Source of the DNA: Octopus vulgaris
Taxonomy: Eukaryota
Assembly (NCBI GenBank): GCA_951406725.2
Contig: OX597829.1
Span: forward strand, 16,554,001-16,618,000
Direction: 5' to 3'
Length of the DNA: 64,000 nucleotides
In this document: positions 37,565-50,703 of the stretch, piece after piece
Layout of the letters: every line of letters begins with the position of its first letter
How positions within the stretch are numbered: the stretch's first letter is position 1
The notes under the pieces: generated by a model
Databases searched by the model: none
What the model was told of the DNA's origin: nothing
The model's input: only the letters and a program-made list of their open reading frames with translations
Translations under genes and position numbers: made by a program

Positions 37565-38550
37565 AATCTTTATTAAAATCATGCGATTTTACAAGGAATT
37601 GGACATAACAGGACAAACAATTACAAAGAATGTTATGAGAGTTCGAATGAAACTTAAAAATTTAGTTATAATGTAACATGAACGAAAACTAGTCTTACTT
37701 TTGCCTTTATAACGAGAACTTGGCTTGCTTTTGTCTTTAAATGAAAACTTGGCTTACTTTTGCTTTTAAACGAAAACTTGGCTTACTTTTGCCTTTATAA
37801 CGAGAACTTTAGTGCGTTTTTTTTTATTAAAAAACATTAGAAATTATAACATATGTAAAATGAAAAGGAATGGGAAGTGCCGGTTTCGAATTTTGAACCC
37901 GGCAGCCTATAAGGCCCAGCAACTAATTTTTCCTTTCTTTGATGATTAAGCTGGGTTACTTACATCCACCTTTCTCATCACATCCTTCCAACGTTTCACA
38001 TACTCTTTCTGTGGCAGGTTCCTCTTATCCAATCCCATCTTGCTCTTCAGATGATATCTGAAATATTTTAACAAACCGGGGCCAGAGACAAAGGACCCTG
38101 TCACAAAACCTTCCATTCTGGTTCTCCACACACACTCTTTCAGAACTGCTACCCTACAGTAAAAACAAGCCTTACCTTCCTTTGAGAGTCCAGTTGGCGG
38201 TATCATCTTTATCATAGATCCAGCCGACAGCTGTACTCGTCCCAGATGCGACAACACGTGTTCAACGTAACTTATCAAGCCTGACAGCTCCCGACATTGT
38301 ACAAAAGTGTGTTGAACGGTTTCATCGTCCAACCCACATCTTGGACACGTCGGTGGCACTGACATTCCGTGCTTGGATAACTTCTCGCGAGCAGGTAATG
38401 CATTCCTATAGCACTGCCAGGTCAGGGATTTTTGGTAATTGTCCAAATATCCCGGCTGAAAGTCTTCTTAAACAGGTTGGAGAGTTGATTCTCATCGAAC
38501 CCCAGAGACCCTCCTAGGACGTCGTCATTTTTTGCCTCTACCAGCCCTCT
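37565..38550 (-). mobile_element. L1/Tx1 LINE 3' end (zinc-binding C-terminal domain plus 3' UTR)
   Basis: ORF 37946-38446: LTWQCYRNALPAREKL...TCPRCGLDDETVQHTFVQC (CCHC), homologous to 19350-19870. Confidence 0.88.
37681..37810. repeat. ~30-bp minisatellite (about 4 units) in the LINE 3' UTR
   Basis: Unit aacgaaaacttggcttacttttgcctttat. Confidence 0.85.
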
Positions 38551-38861
38551 ATAGAACAAAATCATTTTATTTTATTTACAAAATATTGCTGAAACTATAC
38601 ATAGTCCAGGAAAGATGGGGTAAACGTTTTTATTTCTCTTTCCCTTTCAGAATTACAACTATTAGTGGTTTGGAGTTTAACTGCTCTTTCTAGTGAGTCA
38701 GATGTCCTATTATGGTCATCTCTTATGTGTTTAAATGTACACTGTATTTTTCTATGAATATTATATATAGAGATAGATAGATAGATATTTACAATAAACT
38801 TCTTTCAGTTTCCTTCTACCAAATCCACTCACGAGGTTTTTTGGGGGTCGATAAATTAAGT

Positions 38862-38958
38862 ACCAATTATACACTGGCGTCGATGTAATCGACTTAATCC
38901 CTTTGTCTATCCTTGTTTGTCTTTTCTGTGTTTAGCCCCTTGTGGGTAGTAAAGAAAC
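38862..38958 (+). mobile_element. SINE family A, 3' fragment
   Basis: gtcgatgtaatcgacttaatcc...tttagccccttgtgggtagtaaagaaa. Confidence 0.8.
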
Positions 38959-39085
38959 ATATGGTTGACGATATTTTGTATTGTTGTTTGTGGTGGTATT
39001 GGTAATGTTGTGATGGTGAGGCTGGTGGACATTAAAGGTGTTGATGACGATGTTGTTGTTGATGGTTGCTGTTACTGTTGCTGTT

Positions 39086-39390
39086 GAGCGAACGGTCTTC
39101 GTCCCAGAAAGCAGGTCAACCCCCGACACCGAGAGCATCGACGGATGGATGAATGCGCATCCAGGCTCAGCGGTTGCGTAGGAAGTCGGGGACAAGAAAC
39201 AGGAAAAAAGAGTGAGAGAAAGTTGGGGCGGAAGAGTACAACAGGGGTGGCCACCACCCGCTGTCGGTGCCTCGTGGAGCTTTAGGTGTTTTCGCTCAAT
39301 AAACACGCACAACGCCCGGTCTGGGAATCGAAACCGCGATCCTCCGATCGTGAGTCCGCTGCTCTAACTACTCGGCCATTGCGCCTCCAC
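39086..39390 (-). mobile_element. SINE family D (tail type 2)
   Basis: Minus head gtggaggcgcaatggccgagtagttagag...ggtttcgattccc; tail differs from the 7366 and 46131 copies. Confidence 0.85.
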
Positions 39391-40422
39391 CTGTTGTTGG
39401 TGGTGGTAAGAATGGAGGTAGTGGTAGTAACATGGAGGCAGTGGTGGTGGTAGCGTTATAGTTGTTGTTGTTGGCGGTGGTGGTGGTGGAGGTAAACCGG
39501 GCCAAGGGTTAAGTGATTAAACCTACTCATACCACTATCATCCCACACACAGACAAAAAAAAGGCACTTCTAGACGGCGTACCTCAAATGACTCTCTTGT
39601 ACCCTACACTTTGGTAGGAGATACTTGTCCCCTTCCCACAAAAATAATGCCCGGCAGTAAAAAGATCGACTATTCATATGAAACCAAAAAAAAAAAAAAC
39701 CCAAAACAACTTCGTGAAACTACAAAGCAAATTATTAATGGAGCTCACAGTCGAGATAGAATCCCAAAATAACTACGACCAAGGTTCATGGAGTTTTTAT
39801 GAATTGGCGAATTTCAAGGGATTCGTTGTCAGTCTTATGTTTCTATAAAAGTAATTTTAATCCGTATTCTACGGAGAAACATATTTTAATTTATTTTAAT
39901 CCCCAGCAAATATTTTACCCATTCGTTTTTTTTATTATGGTCTTCTTTTATCCTTTCGATTTATTTTTATGTGCTTACAACGAAGATTAGGTCATATAAT
40001 TGAGACGGTCTCTTTTTTTACTTTCACATCTGTTTAACTGGAAACTTTTGGACAATCTACAAATAAAACTTTCACCTCTCCTCTCTCCCTCTCTTTCTAT
40101 GCTCCATCTTCCTCTCTGTCTGCCGCGAGGTGTGTGACAATGTATGTATGTATGTATGTATGTATGTATGTGTGTATATATATGTATGTATGTATTTATG
40201 TATGTGTGTATGTATGCATGTATGTATGTACGTACGTATGTATGTATGTTTGTTTGTATGTATGTATACACACAAGCACACACACATACACGCACGAGCA
40301 CACATACACACATATAAATATATACATTCATACATATATACATAAGCTTATACTCGAACGGAACGCGTAGACGAAACACACACAGCATATATTAAACAAT
40401 CTGCAAGTTATGTGTGTGTGTA

Positions 40423-40456
<34 letters not shown>

Positions 40457-40834
40457 CGCGCGCGCGTATTTGTGTGTGCGTGCGTGTTTAATTAATTAAC
40501 ATTTGGTTAATCACCGGTTACAACATACGGTCCTTGTGTCAACAGAGCTTTTGCATTGACTAAAATGGCGGCTGAATTCATTGTAAATTCTGGTATCATA
40601 ATTTCCTAATACTCTTTACTGCCTCAGTGAATCCATTTAGAAATATGTAGTCGCTTCTGGTTATTGTCATTATACGTTACTTGAATACCTTTTTTTTTTT
40701 TTTAACAAAAACGTATTTTCCTCTCATTGTTTGTTTCGCATATATTAACATATGTAAGGAAATAGTTATATATATATATATATATATATATATACTATTT
40801 CCTTACATATGTTAATATATGTGAAACATATACA

Positions 40835-40886
<52 letters not shown>

Positions 40887-41541
40887 TACATTCATACATG
40901 CATACATACATACAAACAAACATACATACATACATACATACATACATACATACATACATACATACATACATACATACATACATACGTGCGTGTGTGTGTG
41001 TGAGTGTGTGTATACATGTATGATTTTTCTTTTAGCTTTATTTAAGTTCTTGAGTGAGTCCAAGATGTTTTGAGTTAAGAGAGTTCCCGGTTTTTGTGAA
41101 AATGTGGTCGAGTTGTGTTGGTTGAACTGCCGATACATTATACACCCAAGCGTGTGCGTCTATTCACACAAGAATCTCACGTGGAGAACTTTTGAAATGT
41201 CTTACAAACCCTTACTGTACCACTAGTTTCAATATCTCTTCGAAAATTTAAGTGAAGGACTAAGTATCGGCAACTGCTTTGAAACCGCCAGCTTCAACGC
41301 CTAGATTATGAATTCACATTAACTACAATCATAATTGGAGCACTTGGTTTTGTGAGCAAATGCCTATGTGATAAAATGCACAAGCTAAGTTTCTAGAAAA
41401 AAGAAATCAACGACCCAAAGCGCACATTAGAAACATAAACTTTAAGTGGAACAGTAAAAATATGCAAAACTTTTTTCAAGTTCTCTATGTAATATACACA
41501 CATACGTGTACATACATATATATACATAAATACATGCATAC

Positions 41542-43455
41542 ATGGCTGCCCCCTCATTATCGAGTATGGCCATTGCACGAAGCTTAACTGTTATTGGTGC
41601 TGTGATCGAATGTGACTTTTTAGCCCAGAATTGGCAGCTAAAACCTTTACCGGCAATAGCCGGCTGTAGTTGTAGCTGGGCTTCATGTACCGTTGCATGT
41701 CGTTTAAGTCCTCCTGCCGAATTACACTCCCTTCCACATGCCTGACAGATATGATTAGTATAGTGTGTTACACCACCAACAGTGGCCAGATTGTCACTCA
41801 TCTGTCTCGTTTTATGACTACGAAGATGACTCATGAGTCCAGCTTTACTGAGGCAGGGTCTTGCACAGTCATTTCATGTCAGAATCAAAGGAAGACCTTT
41901 TCCTTCTGGAAGTGTAACAGCGATGCCCTTCCTCACATCCCTCCTTACTTTCTCATGTGCAACTCGAGATTTCTCAAAAGTGGCTGTCCCCTCATGCACA
42001 ATCCTTCTCCACCTGCTACGATCAATAGCTATGCCTCCTTATGTGTCAGGAGAGATGCAAGCATCTCTTAAGGAAGCCTTCAGCAAGTCCTTATACCTCT
42101 TTTTTGGTTTATGTGGGGGTCGTTCTCCTTTAGCTGACTCTCCATAAAAGAGTTGTTTTGGCATCCTTGAATCCTTCATCCTGACTTGATGATCACTCCA
42201 TCGGAGCCTTTGCTTTAGCACAAGAGCTTCTATACTTGCGCACCGAGAGCCTTCCAATATTTACAAAATCACTGATGCGGTCCTCCCACTTAATGCCGTA
42301 GATCCGTCTGAGACACATCTGATGGAAGCGTTCCAATTGTTTAAGATGGTATCAATATGGGACCCACGTCTCGCAGGCATAGAGAAGAGAAGGGAGCACA
42401 CATGCCTTGTACACCTTTATCTTTGTCTTTCTGCATATGTCTCGCCGACTCCAGAGGCGCCTTTCTAGCCTTCCGAAAGCATCGCTTGCTTTCCTATAAT
42501 GCTCTTCAAAGCATGATAGAAAGAAACTTTTTTGTCATCAGTATAGCACATAGTTGGAGCATACATACTCACCAAGGTCACATAATTTCCTTTATCCAAA
42601 GGAATTCTCATGGACATAAGACGCTCGTTAATTCCGACTGGGAATTCTTCCAACTTGTCCACAAGATTAGTCTTAACAGCAAATGCCACTCCCGCCTCTC
42701 CTCTAAACTCTTCATTCCTCCCTTTCCAAAAGAATGTATATTTTCCACAAGATTCTGTAAGATGACCATCTCCAGGTAATCTCGTCTCAAATAAAGCAAC
42801 GATGTCAAGATTATAGTGTTGAAGCTCCTTCGCAACAAGCGCAGTCCTTCTTTCAGGACATTCAGAGGACTTGCGGTCAAGTAGTGTCCGTACATTCCAA
42901 CAGCCAATATTCAATATTTTATTTGGTTCTCTCACAGTAGCATGATGACGGCCGGGTTCAGACTGTGATGCTCTGGAGCCCCTGTCGGGCCAGACTCTTT
43001 CATCTGATGTGATTCCAGAGTCCCTACTGCCATTCATTATTATACTGTTTTGGTACATCATTGATTATTTGCTTTTTAAGGTTACAGCAAGCCATTTAGT
43101 TGAGACTCACAACATTCTCAAGAATCATGAATTAGTTAATCAATTTAATCAATCAATCAATCAATCAATGTTGTTATCGTGCAATGCCTGTGCGAGAAGA
43201 TTTTTTTAAAGTGAGGAAAGGCTGTGCACTGAGTCAATCCCACTCACTAAGCAACAGCAGCCATAATCCGAAAACAAGAACAAGTCAGCATCATCGGTAA
43301 CCACTGAGCCGCAGGTTTTATGTCGGAGTTATCCCAGTTACCTGAGTTACCCTCTTAGAAGGATACCCTAACAAAGGGTAGGATTCCTTCACTCCCATTG
43401 ATTTAACCACGCGATCGGGTATTCAGTCCGATTATTTCTATGTCCTCGCGCATCA
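41542..43455 (-). mobile_element. RTE-clade LINE with the RT domain deleted
   Basis: Endonuclease IGCWNVRTL...DIVALFETRL...VSMYAPT joined at ~42495 to post-RT KASDAFGRL...LLYACETW...RLRWSDH..RM...PKQLFYGE and C2H2-like CQACGREC...GLKRHATVH. Confidence 0.88.
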
Positions 43456-43508
43456 TACAGCCTTAAGCTTCATAAGATTGATATAAGGAGAAAAAAAAAG
43501 AAGAAACA

Positions 43509-43547
<39 letters not shown>

Positions 43548-43552
<5 letters not shown>

Positions 43553-44180
43553 ATAGTAATGCAATACGAAAGTATTGCTTTCCAGTAAAAGATAGCCCGT
43601 AAGGGTAAAATTATATATATAAAAGTAAATAAATGGTACTACGAAGTACCGATATTTACTGGAAAATAGCGATCGTAATAAATACGACGCTATTGTATAG
43701 CTTCACTGCGTATATACTAGCAAAGACGTGTGTGTGCAACAAACATGAAAAAAATTTTATCCTTACGCGCTATCTTTTACTGGAAAGCAATACTTTCGTA
43801 TTGCATTACTCTTTTCATTGAAACTTCTTCACTGTTCTCATTCTGTTAACGTTTTGGCGTTCAGACGAGTGTACTGGCATAGATGTGGCAACATTTGAAA
43901 TGTTGTCTAGGTATATGCAGCTGATGAGGACAAATCAAATCTACGTTGTCAAACGTATTTGAAGAGTCTGAAACCGGTCCTGCATTATCCGTTTCTAGGT
44001 TTTTCATTTTTCAGATGTTCTTCCTAGAGGTAAGACAAATTTTTTTCACGTTTGTTGTACACACACGTCTTTGCTAGTATATACGCAGTGAAGCTATACA
44101 ATAGCGTCGTATTTATTACGATCGCTATTTTCCAGTAAATATCGGTACTTCGTTGTACCATTTATTTACTTTTATATATA
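43548..44180 (+). mobile_element. Non-coding Penelope/retrozyme-like unit with an inverted, permuted partial copy
   Basis: 43548-43612 = revcomp of 43753-43817; 43613-43757 = revcomp of 44037-44180; (TA)n flanks; hammerhead inside. Confidence 0.75.
43915..43985 (+). ncRNA. Type I hammerhead ribozyme (canonical core)
   Basis: Stem I atgcag/ctgcat; CTGATGA; stem II ggac/gtct with an inner hairpin; GAAA; palindromic ccgg; GTC cleavage triplet. Confidence 0.8.
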
Positions 44181-44199
44181 TATATATGGGTGTGTGTGA

Positions 44200-45679
44200 T
44201 TGTGTATAGAAGAATATATTAATAAAAGGAATTCCAACCTTGTCTGATTTTCACGTTTTATTTACAATCTTATAATGATATATTATAAGATAATATATTA
44301 TAATAGAATAAAATAAAATAAAATAGTAGAATGTTAAATGTTCATTCTGATTGAACTAGTACTTTCATGCATTAAATTCTGCAATCTTCGGGTTCATGTA
44401 GTAGTGGTGACAGTCATGCTTCACAATTTTTGACTGTAGCAAGATGATTGATTCTGTGCTATAAATACAGCTGGGTAGGCTCCAGAGTGCTAGGTTTTGC
44501 AAACTGTATTCTGACCAATCAGTGTGTAGTATCACTCAATTACTTAAGCTGATTGGTTGGTTGAGCTGATTGGTTTAGGCGTCACGCTTTGTTGGACATG
44601 TCAAGAGTCCTGTATCTTGACCCTGGCCGAAGCAGCAATTGTTGGATTATTTTTATAAATGTTGTAAATAGCCTTTGTCAGAGATTTTTATATTTTTATA
44701 TTTCAATTGTCATCATCATCATTGTCAGCACCTTAATTATTGTTGCTAGTGGTGATGGTGGTGGCAATAGAACTTTTAACCCTAAATAAGATAATTTTCC
44801 TGCTATCTTCATCTTGATCACCTTTAGTATTGTTGTTGTTGTTAGTGGTAATGGTCGTAGCAGTAGAAGTAGTACCTCTAAGTATTATTTTTATTGCTTA
44901 TTTAGCTTGGGTTCGAATTTATCAATAAAATTCTTTTCTCTGATTTTCCTCTCGATTTCACTTGGACTGTGTAATTTGTAGAACGGAAATATTATATACA
45001 TTTTCCGGCTACATGTTGCTAGGTGGTTACTCAACGGTATCTGACGGACCTCTGGGTCTCTAATCTGTTGCCGGTGTACACGTGAGCGTTCTGATAGTGC
45101 GTTTCCCGTCTGACCTACATATATTTCTTCACAATTTGGGCATTTGATGCAGTAATTAAATTTCTGCTTTTGCAGTTCATATTGGCGTTTGTGAATATTT
45201 TCCCGGTTTTTGTGTTTATATATTGGCCGGTATGTATGAATTGGCATGTGCCACATCGGCATTTAGATACAGTGAATGTTTGGTCTTTGTTGCTAAGGTC
45301 AAATTTTGCCTTTGTTAGTAATGTTTTCAAGTTTTTAGGCTGTTTTTTACTAAGCACCATAGCTCGATCCGTGATTATGTCTTTTAATTCATTACTTTGG
45401 GCAATGATTGGTAGGTTTGCTTTGGCAATGTTGAAGATATTCTGGTGACATGGGTTGTGTGTCACTATGAATGGTATGACTTGTTCTTGTTTTCCTCTTC
45501 CTTGGGTTGTCCTAAGTTGTTGTATGGGTATTTGTATGGCTATAAAAATACCCATACAACAACTTAGGACAACCCAAGGAAGAGGAAAACAAGAACAAGT
45601 CATACCATTCATAGTGACACACAACCCATGTCACCAGAATATCTTCAACATTGCTAAAGCAAACCTACCAATCATTGCC
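44200..45679 (-). mobile_element. Penelope-like element, 5'-truncated with an inverted 5' end
   Basis: Minus: KCRCGTC...NCKSRNLI/YCIKCPNCEEIYVGQTGNALSERSRVH...EKNFIDKFEPKLN (GIY-YIG endonuclease, one frameshift), stop at 44891. Confidence 0.9.
44352..44396 (-). ncRNA. Hammerhead-like motif in the Penelope 3' repeat (core U-to-C change)
   Basis: Minus: tgaac-CCGAAGA-t-tgca(gaatttaa)tgca-t-GAAA-gtac-TA-gttca. Confidence 0.5.
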
Positions 45680-45685
45680 AAATAA

Positions 45686-45984
45686 GCCTGTTCTTATTCT
45701 ATCAGAATATTTTGCTGAACTGCTAAGTTACGGGGAAGAAAACACGCCAGTACCGCTGGTGGTGGAGACAACCACACACACACACACACACAAACACACA
45801 CAAACGCACAGAAACACACACATACACACACACAGAGGACTGGCTTCTTTCAGTTTCCGTTTATCAAATCCACTCACAAGGTTTTGGTCGGCCCGAGACT
45901 ACAATATAAGACACGAGCTCAAAGTGCAGCACAGTGGGACTGAACCCGGAACCATGTGGTCGAAAAACGAGCTTCTTACCACAC
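45686..45984 (-). mobile_element. SINE family C, diverged
   Basis: ttttgctgaactgctaagttacgggga...cagtgggactgaacccggaaccatgtgg. Confidence 0.75.
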
Positions 45985-46130
45985 CCACATCAACGTATGC
46001 GACATACAAACACATAGCTACATGCAAACACACGCATACACCATACACATACATACACACATACACGTTCACACATGCACACGCACACATATATACGTAC
46101 ATATGTATATACATGCATACATACTTACAT

Positions 46131-46387
46131 GTGGAGGCGCAATGGCCCAGTGGTTAGGGCAGCGGACTCGCAGTTGTAGGATCGCGGTTTCGATTCCCAG
46201 ACCGGGCGTTGTGAGTGTTTATTGAGCGAAAACACCTAAAGCTCCACGAAGATCCCTGGTGTACTCTTTCGCCACAACTTTCTCTCACTCTTTCTTCTGT
46301 TGGAAGGCTAAAAACAATGCGAAGCGCATTGTGACCAGCGATGTGTAGCAACATCTGATAGCCTGGTCAGTCACGGTGATCACGGTG
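46131..46387 (+). mobile_element. SINE family D (tail type 3)
   Basis: A-box tggcccagtgg, B-box ggtttcgattccc; tail ends tcacggtgatcacggtg; TSD acatacttacat at 46119-46130 and 46388-46399. Confidence 0.9.
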
Positions 46388-46883
46388 ACATACTTACATA
46401 TATGCACACCTACACACATGCATGCATCCATCTATTCATACACACGCATACACACACATACATTCAACACATTTACATATATAAAGTTAGTCAATAACAG
46501 CTATGCATTCATATGTATCTATTTAGAAAACTACTCTCCATAATTTAAAAGTATAAAATACAGATCTTCTCCAGCCCAACCAGCTTTCTCTTAGTGTTTA
46601 CAAGGTTTTTCTTTATCTGTTTGCTATAAAATAGCTTTTTTTTTTTATCGAGGATGAAATCAATGGAAACTCAAAAGCCGTTACATGTTAGTAGCTTCAG
46701 CATCCGATATATATCTGGTTGTCTAAAATATTTCTACCAGAGATTTGAATTCGAACCGTTCTAATATTGATTAAACTCTGTGAAAGGCAAAACATACGTG
46801 GTCAAAAGCAGTCATAGAAGAAAAGAATAGACACGCTCGTACGCGCATACATATATGAATTTATTACGTGTGTCTGTGTGTAT

Positions 46884-46973
<90 letters not shown>

Positions 46974-47103
46974 AATATTAAATTTCTAAATATCTCATAG
47001 AGATATGTACGGTGGTGGGGCAAGGAAGCGTCGATGCTTCCTAGGGCTAAATAACGGTGGAGTAATTCCCTTACTGTCACGTTAAGTTGACAGTATACAA
47101 CCA

Positions 47104-47135
<32 letters not shown>

Positions 47136-47139
47136 GTAT

Positions 47140-47352
47140 ATAGGGAGAGTTTACGAAAAAAAACAAAAGACGAAGACAGGTTGTGTACAAAACAAACAGA
47201 TGTATTAGTATAACGTTCAGGAATAGAAAAAGTCTTTTACGTCTCAAGCCTACGCTCTTCTACAGAAAGAGACACAGAAAAAAAAAAAAAAAAAAAGGAG
47301 AGAAACAAGGAAAGAAAAACATTATGTGTAGTGGCTAACGATCTATCATGGC
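47140..47352 (-). mobile_element. Penelope pLTR family G copy with a mutated hammerhead-like motif (47233-47270)
   Basis: Reverse complement of 28645-28825. Confidence 0.8.
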
Positions 47353-47596
47353 GACTGTATATATATCAGCCGAAATTGCAAGGATGATCCAGTTCTTGAC
47401 TGAAGATTGATGGTTTCGAATGTCCCGCCCGTGTTTTTTGTATCGTCTTCTGGATGTTTTGTGTTCTTGTCCCAGTTTGTATTTTTTAATACATATATAT
47501 ACATACATACATACACATATTATGATTTATTACATATATATAGGTGTGTGTTTGTGTGAGTACGTGGGCGCGCGCGCGTGTGTGTAAGTGTGTATC

Positions 47597-47679
47597 TTTT
47601 TCAGTCATTTGACTGCGGTCATGCTGGGGCACCGCCTTGAAGGACTTTTAGTCGAATGAATCGACCCCAGTACTTATTA

Positions 47680-47729
<50 letters not shown>

Positions 47730-47845
47730 TTGAAATCTGGTACTTATTCTACCAGACTCATTTTGCCGAACTGCTAAGTTAAGAGGACGTAAACAAATCA
47801 ACACTGGTTGTTAGTCAAGCGGTGGTAGTGGACAAAGACACATGC
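47597..47845 (-). mobile_element. SINE family C, 3' half with internal (ATT)n
   Basis: tttcagtcatttgactgcggtcatgctggggcaccgcc...ttttgccgaactgctaagtt. Confidence 0.75.
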
Positions 47846-48186
47846 ACACATAAATACAAACGCCTTCACAGGACGGTGTTACTACTTTTTAGCCCCAGGA
47901 AAACATTTTTTCCAGCTCTAAGCTGTATACTGTAAGCAAGGGAGTCTACCACTCCCTTTCTAGCCGTAGCGATACCTGGAGACCAATGGTTTCCTAGTAA
48001 TTTCCCTTCCTCGGTACAGGACAACCGCCGGCTACAGATAGCAGCCACTCGCTCTTGCTCACAGTATATACTTTTAATACTTTAAAACAACTAGTTTTAA
48101 ATCTCTGAGCAAGAAATATGTAGTAACAGTACCGAACAGTAAAGTCTGTTTGCAAATGCAACGTGTCAATCCTACGCAGGACGATG

Positions 48187-48617
<431 letters not shown>

Positions 48618-48803
48618 ATGTATGTATGTATCTCCAAAAGGATAGCTAAACTAAATAAAAATATCCGCAGACAAGAATAAAACGTCGGAGATTAAGACAA
48701 TATCATAAGGTGTAAAGTGAACAATTAGTACACACAACAATATATTAATTACATTCAACGGAAAAAAAAAACTGATTAAAATATATGAAATTCCACCCCA
48801 CCC

Positions 48804-48842
<39 letters not shown>

Positions 48843-49324
48843 TCGCTCTCAATGAAGAATTCTAATGCAGCAACTTATAATGGGTATGAAATCTCCATTA
48901 GCGAAAAAGACAAATTTAGCAGTATTAGCCGCAAGCTTGTATTTTTTTCTTTCTTTTCACTAGAAATTGTTTAACAGAAAACGAATAAAAATAATAGCTC
49001 CGAAAAAATAGCTCTTTCAATTACAAGATGGAAATTATTTTTTAGTCCAAGATTTAAAATAAAAATCAATATTTTAAATGCAATCGATATTCGATAAACA
49101 TCAAGCGGAAGAATTCCATTAAAACTGTGGAAACACTGTATAACAGGAAGAGATCACGAAGTGGCTTAACAGTTGGATATTGGTACAAGATTTTGACTTT
49201 CTTCTAAAAACCAGTCAAAACGTCTGTATTTGCAAAGAAGTATGGGAAGAAGTATTCATACATGGAATTGATTTGCGATAACAATCAAATATTGTAATTC
49301 ATATAAAAACACTGACTTATCCGA

Positions 49325-49980
49325 AAATAATAGGCCTGTCGGTAGCATGTACTCGGTGTATAAAATATCTTCACATGCGGTTTCAGTCCCTTCGTGATAA
49401 TTGCAACCCTCATCGGATCAAAGGTTTCAGGGTGTGTCTAACAACTTCTAATAAAACTGTGCTGTCTGTAGTAAAAACGAAGTCTACTGACGCCTTATGA
49501 TAGTGTGACTTGTTGATAGAAAAGCATTCGATTCTATTTCGCATCAATCATTGCTAAAATCACCGTAATTCGTAAAAATACCTTCTGCCGCTGAAGGGTT
49601 TACAGTGACCAGTCGGAGGATTGTTGGCGAAATAACGAAATCCTCTGGTGTACAATTGTTTACTATGAAATATTCTGTTGTGATTGCCTGTGGTTTTTAA
49701 CAGGAATCCCTCTAGAATTTCTTTTAGAAAATTCTTATTTCATAGATTTAAACATCTATAGTGTAAGAATATTTACAATGCCGAGAAACAGCTGGAAGTA
49801 ATAGTAACACTTTTACAGGAAAGGAATTTAAGGAAAGAAAATGTCAATATCCCGTGGTTGAACTTGAAAAAACTGCAGGCGAAAACCAATACTTTTACTT
49901 CTCTCGCTGTCTGTCTCATCTGTTTTACACACTGGAAGCTTTAAATTTGTAAGCATTCACGAAGATGCATCATATTATTG
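49325..49980 (+). pseudogene. Ancient non-LTR RT remnant, R4/Dong-like
   Basis: Ordered degenerate motifs NRPVGSMYSVYKI (49329), GCV*QLLIK (~49430), DRKAFDSISHQSLLK (49515), KGI*G and HLFY. Confidence 0.5.
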
Positions 49981-50544
49981 GAAACGAAGAGAAAGTGATA
50001 TAATAGATAAAGTATATTACACTGAATTGAAAAGAAAAATTATCGCACTTGGAGTTTTCTACTTAGAACAAGATAATATACCGGAATGAATTTTTAATAT
50101 TAATACTGGCAACAGCACAGACATTCAAGATAATTTAATGCCGTACGGAGAAAATTTACTCCAACAAAATTTTAAATCGAAAGATCATATCATCAAATGG
50201 AAGTTTGCACAAGTTCTGTCTCAAAAGAAAAGAAAAAGAGACATAAGATTAGTCTAAGCAAACTTTTCAGTATTGAATGGCGTCATTTAGATAGCATCTA
50301 CTAAACGGAAACACCAATAAGAAAAATATAAATAAACGAAATTCTTAAAAGAGAGGTAACAATCACCGAACCAGTTGCGAATTCTTTTTTCATGAAGCAC
50401 TTTGCTCAGAATTGCTGAAGTATTCTATCTTAGCGAAAACGTGAAGAAAAATGCCCCGCATGAAAAAATGATATGCATGAGTATGTTTCTTATAAACAGG
50501 AATGGTTTCAAATATTGGCACAAGTTCTCAATTTTGAAGGGTGC

Positions 50545-50703
50545 AAGTCGATTACAGCGTTTAACTGGCACTTATTTTATCGACTCCGAAAATATGAAAG
50601 ACAAAGTCGACTACAGTAGTATTTGAACGCGGAACGTAAAATCGGAAGAAAAGTAACTAAGCATTTTTCCCGGTGCATTAATGATTTGCCAGCTCGCCGT
50701 CTT
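50545..50703 (-). mobile_element. SINE family A-like, old diverged copy
   Basis: atcgactccgaaaatatgaaagacaaagtcgac...atttgaac...tgccagctcgccg. Confidence 0.65.

Noticed and set aside
37681-37810. CRISPR-like array
   Set aside because: Contiguous tandem units without unique spacers, in a eukaryotic LINE 3' UTR.
40561-40595. aaaATGGCGGCT, resembling a YY1 site or start codon
   Set aside because: A short motif alone, with a weak donor and no downstream exons identified.
46131-46205. tRNA gene
   Set aside because: A/B boxes belong to a SINE head followed by a repeated body and TSDs; the same holds for the other tRNA-like heads.
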